From positions 1-64,000 of IMG/VR virus record IMGVR_UViG_3300005253_000262: a stretch of 64,000 bases of DNA; one strand, written 5' to 3'. This stretch comes from a virus. Shown here in pieces: positions 56,385 to 64,000 of the stretch. Positions within the stretch are counted from its first letter, which is position 1. Every line of letters starts with the position of its first letter. Made by a program: the position numbers and the translations under genes. The notes under the pieces are model-generated. The model was not told the DNA's origin and made no database searches. It saw only the letters and a list, made by a program, of their open reading frames with translations.

Positions 56385-58830
56385 TGCTCGCATTGGCCTG
56401 AGTCAGGGTGCAATAGAGGACCTTCAAAAATCTGGGATCGGGCCACGCGATATAGCGGCACGAATCCTCACGGGGGCAGAAGTAGCAGCTACTTCTGCCG
56501 GTGGTAGCTCCTACATTCCTGATGGCTACGTAATTCCCTATTTCGACTTCCAAGGCGAGATAGCTCCATACTATCGAGTTAAGATCCTTGATCCCCTTGG
56601 AGGCCCCAAATACCGTGCACTAGCAGGGTACCCTAACCATATTTACTTCCCTCCCGATCTTAGGAAAGTACTTAAGAGCTCTCAGGCTGACTACATAATC
56701 ATTACCGAAGGCGAGAAGAAGGCTGTATGCGCGGTTAAATGTGGCTTCCCCTGTGTTGCGCTATCAGGAATAGACTGTTGGCGTAACAAGCAGATTACGT
56801 TTCCTAAAGACACAAAGCTTAAGGCTGTCAAGGTGGGTGCAGGGAGTGTCATGAAAGCTATAATCCCATCAGGGGATTCCAACGCCACGGTTCTGCAAGA
56901 CTCCGGCATTGTAGCAGTAGGACTCCACGATCTCTTGGACCACATGGTAGCCAATAGCATGGAGGCCATTATCATCTTTGATAGCAACAAGGGCGGTGTG
57001 AAGAGTCAAGTACAGCGAGCTGCCGCACAACTGGGCTATGAGCTCCGATATCGCGGACTACCAATTATTAACATCCGCCAATTGATTCTGCCTACTACTG
57101 CAAAGGACCCCAAGATGGGGCTGGATGACTACCTAGTAACACAAGGAGTCAAAAGCTTTGCTGGGATCCTCCGCACTTGCCGTAGGAAGCGTATTGCGTT
57201 TCCTCGTCACCCGAATCCTAAGGCGTTCATCGCTGGACGCCTACAGAAAGCGCGCCTCTCACGGAAGGAGACTCAGGACGTATCCCTCTCAATACTGATG
57301 GAGCTCGAAACCCGTGGGAGGCGTCTCCGCAATACTAATACCCACGACATGTTCTTCTTTAATGACAAGACCCATATGCTTATGGATGTAGCACTAGGTA
57401 ATCCACGTATAATGCTACACGATACAGCATTTGGGTCGTACCTGTATCAGGAGTTCAACCTCGCTGCGATAGATCAGCGTATAGTGGGGTGGTTGGCTGC
57501 ACAGTTTCATGGCGAGCCCGGGATCAAGGAAGCTGTGACACATCGTGTGCTTGCGCAACCCGCAAACATGCCAGGATGTATAGCATACCAGCTATCGGAC
57601 TCACACTTTATTATCATGACACCGGATCCCTCGAAGCCGTACATCATCTGCGAGAACGGGATGCACGGCGTGTTGTTCGAGCAGGGACATGTGGAACCTA
57701 TAAGCCACGTGAATATCGTAGCTAGCTTGGAGATGAAGCTTGACGACTCTGCTGTATTGTGGCACGAAGTACTGAAGAGCTTTAACTTCCTACCTAGTGC
57801 TGTACCTACTGAAGGCATACCTCAAGAGCAACTCCTAACAGAAGGGAGGTTGCTAGCTACACTGTTATACTACTTAAGTCCGTGGTTCCTTAGGTGGCGC
57901 GGGACTCAGCTGCCTATCGAACTCATTATAGGGGAGCCCGGTTGTGGGAAGTCCTCCTTATACGCCCTACGGCAAAGCGTCATTACCGGGTATCCCCGCC
58001 TTACAAACATGACCAATGACATAAAGGATTGGTACGCTGGTATCACATCCTCAGGAGGACTCTACGTCCTTGACAATATACACTTCACCGCTGCCAATAA
58101 GGATTATCAACAACGCCTCAGCGATGAAATGTGCCGCTTGGTTACCGAACCCAGCCCCCACATTGAGTTGCGCAAACTGTACACGACCTCTGATATACTG
58201 CGTCTGCCAGTAAACTCGACGTTTGCCTTGACTGCACTTGAGCAGCCCTTCATCACTCCGGATCTAATTCAACGTTCGGCTATTTTTGAGCTTCAGGTTA
58301 TACAGTCTGGGCATGATGCTATGTGGGTAGAGAAACAGATTGCTAGGGGGCCTGGGCGTGAGGGCTGGATAGCACATCAGCTCATTGTCATCCACCGGTT
58401 CCTAAGGCGGGCCCTACACGACAAAGAATGGGACAATAACTTCCGTGCTGGGCATCGTCTAGCTAATTACGAGCAGGCACTTATTATGATGGCTAAAGTC
58501 CTCGATCTGCCGTTCGATTGGATTCCCGAAGCCCTTGCACGTCAGATGGCCCTGAAGCTCTCTGAGACAGACTGGGTAATGGCGGGGATTGCTGACTTCA
58601 TCGAGGCATTCAGATCAAAACACGGCGAGGAATACACAGCGAAAAGGTTTGCAATAAGCGAAATCGTTGATTGGGCCGAGCAGGACGAAACATACTGCAA
58701 GAATCGGAAGCTAACTAACTCGTGGTCGTTGGGTAAGTACGTACGAGGCCACAAAGGTACTCTAGAGAAGAACCTATTCATGCATCAAGATGGGACAAAG
58801 AACAACAAAGCAATGTACAGGATTAACTAA
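56374..58830 (+). CDS. primase-helicase (DUF3854-like TOPRIM plus P-loop helicase)
   Basis: IPYFD, ITEGEKKA, IIFDS and GLDDYL; Walker A GEPGCGKS; LDN Walker B; RKLYT. Confidence 0.85.
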   Translation: MTADARIGLSQGAIEDLQKSGIGPRDIAARILTGAEVAATSAGGSSYIPDGYVIPYFDFQGEIAPYYRVKILDPLGGPKYRALAGYPNHIYFPPDLRKVLKSSQADYIIITEGEKKAVCAVKCGFPCVALSGIDCWRNKQITFPKDTKLKAVKVGAGSVMKAIIPSGDSNATVLQDSGIVAVGLHDLLDHMVANSMEAIIIFDSNKGGVKSQVQRAAAQLGYELRYRGLPIINIRQLILPTTAKDPKMGLDDYLVTQGVKSFAGILRTCRRKRIAFPRHPNPKAFIAGRLQKARLSRKETQDVSLSILMELETRGRRLRNTNTHDMFFFNDKTHMLMDVALGNPRIMLHDTAFGSYLYQEFNLAAIDQRIVGWLAAQFHGEPGIKEAVTHRVLAQPANMPGCIAYQLSDSHFIIMTPDPSKPYIICENGMHGVLFEQGHVEPISHVNIVASLEMKLDDSAVLWHEVLKSFNFLPSAVPTEGIPQEQLLTEGRLLATLLYYLSPWFLRWRGTQLPIELIIGEPGCGKSSLYALRQSVITGYPRLTNMTNDIKDWYAGITSSGGLYVLDNIHFTAANKDYQQRLSDEMCRLVTEPSPHIELRKLYTTSDILRLPVNSTFALTALEQPFITPDLIQRSAIFELQVIQSGHDAMWVEKQIARGPGREGWIAHQLIVIHRFLRRALHDKEWDNNFRAGHRLANYEQALIMMAKVLDLPFDWIPEALARQMALKLSETDWVMAGIADFIEAFRSKHGEEYTAKRFAISEIVDWAEQDETYCKNRKLTNSWSLGKYVRGHKGTLEKNLFMHQDGTKNNKAMYRIN

Positions 58831-59323
58831 CATGATCGCCGCCGAAGAACCATCAGAAGTGACCAATTGGCCTGAAGGTGTTTCAGATGGACTCATTCTG
58901 CCCTGTGCAGTTTGCGGAAACAAAGTATCGTTTGACTACACAGTCAGTGATGAAGCATGGGACCTTGTCGTTTCGCGAGAACAGAGGTTGGGTGTTATAT
59001 GTCTTTCGTGCTTTGATCAAATAGCCGCAAGCAAGGGTATCGACACCGTTGAACATCTAAAGCTGGTCCAGTTCGTTGGAGTTAACAAAACAATTGGGCT
59101 GCGATCAATTTGGGAGCACGATCGTGACTGACAAGATGACGGCAATTGAAGAAGCGCGGATGCATCGGTATAATATCGAGCAGGAGATATGCAAGCGTCT
59201 TACGGAGTTCACTAATGAAACAGGGCTACGCGTCACGACGCTGGACTTGAGTTGCATAGATTGTCGGACTGTAGGCGATAAACGTGATCTAACCGCCTAC
59301 AGCCTACGCATAGAGGTAACAAT

Positions 59324-59588
59324 ATGACCAGACAATTTAGCAGACGCGAGATACTACGTGCTGCTGCACTAGGTGGTGTGTTTATAGCGGGCGAGTTCTG
59401 GTTCCCCGGACAAAAAGCTAATCTCAATCCCCCGACGTGGAACACGTGTGCGACTACTGGATGGGAGCATGATCATCTTCGACGACTGGTTGGCCTTCAC
59501 AGAAAGGAATATGTGGATACCCCTCGACGATCAGTTGTTCATAAGCCTCCATACGGGATGCTACGGCGTGAAGGTGGATGACGTTTGA
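59324..59588 (+). pseudogene. twin-arginine-leader gene with apparent 1-nt insertion at A5 run 59412-59416
   Basis: The +1 frame continues KLISIPRR..., matching KLVSIPKR of paralog 53776, and ends at TGA 59588. Confidence 0.6.
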
Positions 59589-59597
59589 AATTGGTCG

Positions 59598-59626
59598 TTG
59601 ATTTCACCTTATGAGTATTATATAAT
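59598..59626 (+). promoter_or_regulatory. sigma70-like promoter
   Basis: TTGATT-N17-TATAAT. Confidence 0.7.
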
Positions 59627-59692
59627 AAATATACACGCTAAGATAAATGACGTGTAACATGTTACATAAACCTGATGGACAGGAGAAAGACA

Positions 59693-60037
59693 ATGGCAGG
59701 CAAGAACGCACAAACCGACAAAGACAAAGGCAAGGAAGAAGTCAAGGGCCAAGGGCGCGCGGTAGTACTTCCGAACGGTGAGCGACGTATCGACTACATC
59801 CGCAACGGGTATTACAACGCCAAGACGGGCCTTCACGGCGAAGCACAGAAGTCCCGTGTGGACATCAAGAACGCGATCAACGACATGCTGAAGAAGGCAG
59901 GGCCTGAATTCGGCGAGATCATGTACCAGATCGTATTCTCCGCCACCAAGACGGACAAGGATCCGCGTGTCACGGCGAAGGAAAAACTCGCCGCATCTGC
60001 GAAAGCAGGCGATGACAAAGGCGCGGAAACCAAGTAA
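59693..60037 (+). CDS. basic small protein, distant third member of the YQxV HTH-like family
   Basis: RIDYIR...SRVDI...IMYQIV; own promoter, aggag SD and terminator. Confidence 0.6.
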   Translation: MAGKNAQTDKDKGKEEVKGQGRAVVLPNGERRIDYIRNGYYNAKTGLHGEAQKSRVDIKNAINDMLKKAGPEFGEIMYQIVFSATKTDKDPRVTAKEKLAASAKAGDDKGAETK

Positions 60038-60062
60038 GGCTCAACAGTCGAGTCGTTGAGTA

Positions 60063-60102
60063 GGAGGGTCTCCGGGTTGTCCGATGCGGAGACCCTTCTT
60101 TC
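60063..60102 (+). terminator. intrinsic terminator
   Basis: ggagggtctccg...cggagacccttc followed by tttt. Confidence 0.8.
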
Positions 60103-60120
60103 TACCTACAGGAAACAGGT

Positions 60121-60618
60121 GTGGATTTCAAAGAACTATCAAGCGGAATAGGGCACGAGGATCCTCTAGCCCTCCTAGCCTTCGATCCTGGCCACACCAC
60201 AGGATGGGCATTCTTCGAGGAAATGGAGCTTAAGTTCTGCGGAGAGGTAGATACCGATGACATAGAGACAGCCGTCGGAACACTAAGCAAACTATTCGAG
60301 CTATATGAGCCAGGCAGAGTAGTCATAGAGGACTATCGCGTGTACAAGTGGCGTGCTAAGCACCATGTAGGCAGTCAGATGATGACAACACGAGTCATTG
60401 GCTGCATCGAGACCCTATGCATCCAGCAGGGGATCTACGAAATCACTAAACAACCAGCCCACATTGCTAAAGGCTTCTGTACCAACAAGAAGCTAAAGGA
60501 TTGGGGGTTCTATCAAGCCAGCCAGAAGCATGCCAACGATGCAATTCGTCATGGGTGTTACTACTTATTGTTCGGGCCAATCAAACACAAGGACCGTCAA
60601 GGAAGTACAGTAGGATGA
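60121..60618 (+). CDS. RuvC-like Holliday junction resolvase
   Basis: LAFDPGHTTGWA, VVIE and HANDA. Confidence 0.75.
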   Translation: MDFKELSSGIGHEDPLALLAFDPGHTTGWAFFEEMELKFCGEVDTDDIETAVGTLSKLFELYEPGRVVIEDYRVYKWRAKHHVGSQMMTTRVIGCIETLCIQQGIYEITKQPAHIAKGFCTNKKLKDWGFYQASQKHANDAIRHGCYYLLFGPIKHKDRQGSTVG

Positions 60619-61056
60619 CACGCGGTGATAGGGAAAATAGTCTAATGATGACAATAAAAACATCCGAGCATGATTGCTATGTGCTGTGCGCGAAAGCCCC
60701 AAAAGGGAACGTGGGCGCATTCAAGTCACAATTAGGCTCTGATCCTATCTGGATAGAACAGGACATTTGCAACGCACCAAAAATTCCGACGATAGTCGGT
60801 GAATGTTTTCTGGACGCCAGCCTTATTCATTGTGCGGGATGGAATCTTGAGAAGTCGATTTATCTACACCACGCATTCGATACCGAAAAGGACAAATGGG
60901 AAGCCATTGATGAGGAAATTGCTGATATTCCCGACCTTGAATATGTCTGGCTTTCGATCAGGGTCTTGCACAATGGAGATTTGCTGGCTGTTTATCCAGG
61001 CGCCCGCATAACTAAAGAGTCTGGGTTTATTTAACCCAGCCCCGACAGGAGCAAAG

Positions 61057-61329
61057 ATGAGCGACATAAATCCAAGTCATTATGACCTAGAAGTCAAAGG
61101 GCACAGGTTCGAAGTAGCTGACTTGATGGAAGCACGCTTCGACAGTGACGCGCACTTAGCACAAGCATTGAAGTACATGATGCGCGCTGGGCGCAAACCT
61201 AATGTATCGTACATTAAGGATGTGAATAAGTGCTTGTGGTGGTGTGCTAAGGCTATTCTATTCCACAAAGGCACAGTGGAGCTACCAGAAGAAGCAATCC
61301 GTCAAATACGATCAAGGAAGAAGGCATGA
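61057..61329 (+). CDS. DUF3310-like protein
   Basis: INPSHY...ALKY..RAGRK...D..K..W. Confidence 0.75.
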   Translation: MSDINPSHYDLEVKGHRFEVADLMEARFDSDAHLAQALKYMMRAGRKPNVSYIKDVNKCLWWCAKAILFHKGTVELPEEAIRQIRSRKKA

Positions 61330-61724
61330 CGGATAAGCAATGCGTCGGTTGTGGTAACTATAAGAAGCGGGCACAGTTCTACAAGAGCAAAAGTACCTAT
61401 GATGGACTAAACCGATATTGCAAGGGGTGCTGTAAGGTAAACAGGGCACTAGAGGCGGTCCGTAAGCGGGACAAGAAGTCTAAGGTTAGCATGCGACAGA
61501 TTCATCGTGCACAACACCTAGGCGTAGAGTGTGATCATAGCGTCAAGCTCGTAGAGGTATTTAAGAAGTATTTCGGGATATGTGGCATCTGTGAGAAGTG
61601 GGTACAACCGAAACAAGCATCAATGGATCATATATACCCCCTTAGTAAGGGTGGTGGTCATATATATGACAACATCCAGCTATCACATCTGCTATGTAAC
61701 CTCAGGAAGGGTAATAGAACATGA
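61326..61724 (+). CDS. HNH endonuclease
   Basis: CGIC...DHIYPLSKGG.H...N.Q..H..CN..KG; N-terminal zinc finger. Confidence 0.9.
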   Translation: MTDKQCVGCGNYKKRAQFYKSKSTYDGLNRYCKGCCKVNRALEAVRKRDKKSKVSMRQIHRAQHLGVECDHSVKLVEVFKKYFGICGICEKWVQPKQASMDHIYPLSKGGGHIYDNIQLSHLLCNLRKGNRT

Positions 61725-61975
61725 GTGACTTTCCATACATCCAAGAACCGGAATCTCTGCGCCTCGAATTGAATCAAGTTCGTGCTGCACTGAAACAGGC
61801 GCAGGAACGGACTCAAAAAGCTGAGGAACAAGGCATCGCAGAAGGCAGAATTGTCCACAAGTGCAACCTACGCATCGAGCAGCTTGAGGTGGCGCTAGAA
61901 CATGCGCAAACAATCATCAAAGAACACCTGCGACGCATCAGTGAGCTTGAGGCCGTCTCGGACATGGACAAATGA
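61721..61975 (+). CDS. coiled-coil hypothetical protein
   Basis: Heptad pattern; ATGA overlap. Confidence 0.55.
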   Translation: MSDFPYIQEPESLRLELNQVRAALKQAQERTQKAEEQGIAEGRIVHKCNLRIEQLEVALEHAQTIIKEHLRRISELEAVSDMDK

Positions 61976-62244
61976 GCGTCTCGCTATGGTTTGTTCTCGG
62001 TTATGGGGTCCTTGCCGGGCTACCGCTTTTAGTAGTTTGGATCAGGGTCACACGCGCCATAAAGAAAGCGGAAGCCGAGACCGCGGAGGGCTGAACATGA
62101 TTTGGACGAGAGAAATACCCTCTGGGCCAGGATGGTACTGGTGGAGACGTAGTCGTCGAGGCAATATCGAACCTATTCACCTCCCAAAAAGAGGCATGTG
62201 GTACTTTGGCGGTGAATGGTTTACTACACCTATAGAGGAACCCC

Positions 62245-62637
62245 ATGAACAAGTTCATACTGCTGATTAGCATCCTACTTCTTACAGGATGCGCAAGCCA
62301 AGATCCCTGGACCAAAGGCGACACAATATTGGAGGTTATCTACGTAGGGACGGTAATCGCTGATGGCCTGATGACATCCAAGATTCAGGATCACCCGAAT
62401 ATCGTAGAGGTTGGGCCCATCGCTAGACATGCTCTGGGGCAGAACCCGAGTACAACGGGGACGTGGTTGTATATGGGAACGGCTGCACTTTCGCACTACC
62501 TGGTAGCGAAGATTCTACCGCGTGGTTGGCGTACGTTTTGGCAGATAGGAGGAATCTATACGCATGGCTCTGCAGTTATTGATGGACAGCAACTAGGGAT
62601 ATTTAGCGAACCCTGCACAGTGCACGCTTGTGAGTAA
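62245..62637 (+). CDS. lipoprotein / membrane protein
   Basis: LLLTG-C lipobox; D..T....E.GP....LG.NP and hydrophobic helices. Confidence 0.65.
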   Translation: MNKFILLISILLLTGCASQDPWTKGDTILEVIYVGTVIADGLMTSKIQDHPNIVEVGPIARHALGQNPSTTGTWLYMGTAALSHYLVAKILPRGWRTFWQIGGIYTHGSAVIDGQQLGIFSEPCTVHACE

Positions 62638-64000
62638 CCTACCTGAAGAGTTTGGCTATCAAGGCTACATCCGAGAGAAGATCGTCAAGCTGCTACGGAC
62701 GGGTGTGCTTGCAAAGCCGGGTAGTGGTAAAACACGGCCCATCATCGATGCGTTAGTCGAACTTGGGAGGATATATCCTCCCGCAGAGGATCAATACAAG
62801 TTCCCTTATGGCCCTATTTTGGTGGTCTTCACAGGATCGGCAGTAGGTACATGGAAACGGCAACTACCTCTCTGGACTGAGGATCCTACACTTGGGGACT
62901 GGATCATTCACGTCAGTGGTTCAAAGCATCAGCGGTGTATACAGTGGGCTGGAGCTGAAACATCCAATGCAGGCATCTACATAATAAACCACAGCATCTT
63001 CTGGCGTGACTATGCAATGATCAAGCGGGTGAAGTGGGCTGTCGTTATCGCGGATGAATATCACAAGTTTATGTTACGCCGTAAGCCTGGGAAGACTTTC
63101 AAACTATTCCGCAGCCTCACTAGGCATACAGAAGTAGTTGTACTAGCTTCGGGGTCCTCACTGAGGAAAAATCCCTCTTCGATGTGGACGCTATTTACCA
63201 TCGTTGCACCAGGGAAGCTCTTCGGAAGCTATTGGAAGTTCATCAAGACGTGGTGTATCGTAGACGATGATGGCTTCGGTCAGGTGATTCTAGGACCTAA
63301 GAACGTTGAGGAGTTCAAGAAGCTTGTCGATAAACACCACGCATATGTCCCCGCTGCAGTAGTTGCAGAACAAGTCCCTGAGGGTAGACGGCAGGCACTC
63401 TATGTCGAGATGACCAAAACACAAGGGCGGGTGTACAACGATCTCAATGCGGAGATGATCGCAATCCTGGAGGACACCATAGTCGTAGTCAAGAACCCTC
63501 TTGCGAAGACCCTGAAGCTCCGACAACTGCTTTGCTGTCCCAAGATTATTGACCCTAGCTTGGATATGGGTGGGGGGTTCGAGGCAATCGTGGACCAGTT
63601 GGATGTGACACCACACTGTATAATCTTCGTGCCTTTCCGTCCAGCATGTGTACTTGTCCAGGATGAGTTAATCCGCCGCGGCTGTAGAAACGTATACATG
63701 ATGCGTGGAGGAATCACCCCCGAGCAGCAGACGTGGGAAATAAACGCATTCAAGGAGATGCGCGGTATCATGATCTGTACTATCGCGTATGCTGAGTCCT
63801 TTGATCTCGAGACTTGTGCTACAAGCTACTTCCTCGGGTATGATTACAGCTTGGATGTGAACCAACAGGCCGAGGGGCGGACCCAGCGAGCGATCTCCGA
63901 TCACGAATTCGTAACCTGGAACTATTTAAGGTACAATAACACAATTGATGAACACTTCCTAACTATCCTAAGTGCAGATCTTCGTAACGTCGGCAGAGTC
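62630..64000 (+). CDS. SF2 (SNF2-like) helicase, 3'-truncated by window edge; absent from the ORF track
   Basis: GTG 62630 opens MSNLPEEFGYQ...KPGSGKT (Walker A), IADEYH (Walker B), SGS and QAEGRTQR (motif VI). Confidence 0.88.
   Translation, partial: MSNLPEEFGYQGYIREKIVKLLRTGVLAKPGSGKTRPIIDALVELGRIYPPAEDQYKFPYGPILVVFTGSAVGTWKRQLPLWTEDPTLGDWIIHVSGSKHQRCIQWAGAETSNAGIYIINHSIFWRDYAMIKRVKWAVVIADEYHKFMLRRKPGKTFKLFRSLTRHTEVVVLASGSSLRKNPSSMWTLFTIVAPGKLFGSYWKFIKTWCIVDDDGFGQVILGPKNVEEFKKLVDKHHAYVPAAVVAEQVPEGRRQALYVEMTKTQGRVYNDLNAEMIAILEDTIVVVKNPLAKTLKLRQLLCCPKIIDPSLDMGGGFEAIVDQLDVTPHCIIFVPFRPACVLVQDELIRRGCRNVYMMRGGITPEQQTWEINAFKEMRGIMICTIAYAESFDLETCATSYFLGYDYSLDVNQQAEGRTQRAISDHEFVTWNYLRYNNTIDEHFLTILSADLRNVGRV

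Noticed and set aside
1-64000. Integrase, prophage boundaries or alternative genetic code
   Set aside because: No recombinase or host genes are seen; genes are full length in the standard code and all three stops are used. Lifestyle cannot be settled because the genome extends beyond the window.

Overview
The window is most of a tailed dsDNA phage genome (siphovirus-type), cut inside a folE gene on the left and inside an SF2 helicase gene on the right. Spanin-like genes and lipoproteins point to a Gram-negative host. Layout: (i) 1-9.9 kb (+): FolE, a TGT/DpdA-like protein, a UDG-family-4::PolA fusion polymerase, class II ribonucleotide reductase and a GHKL-like ATPase with permuted motif order. 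(ii) 10-40.6 kb (-): the virion and lysis arm. A lysis cassette and a separately promoted fibre/repeat-protein/methyltransferase cassette sit between portal and prohead protease. (iii) 40.6-42.4 kb: a repeat-rich, partly AT-rich divergent control region. (iv) 42.4-64 kb (+): many small early ORFs, DJ-1/PfpI, ligase, primase-helicase, RuvC-like resolvase, HNH and helicase. The most unusual signals read directly from the sequence are six antisense copies of TTGAC(A/C)-N13-TAGYR(T/G), three dispersed paralogous small HTH-like genes, a probable deazaguanine DNA-modification module overlapping the polymerase gene, several structured intergenic RNA candidates, and a pair of twin-arginine-leader genes, one broken by a 1-nt frameshift. 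All protein calls come from motif recognition by eye; no database search was run.
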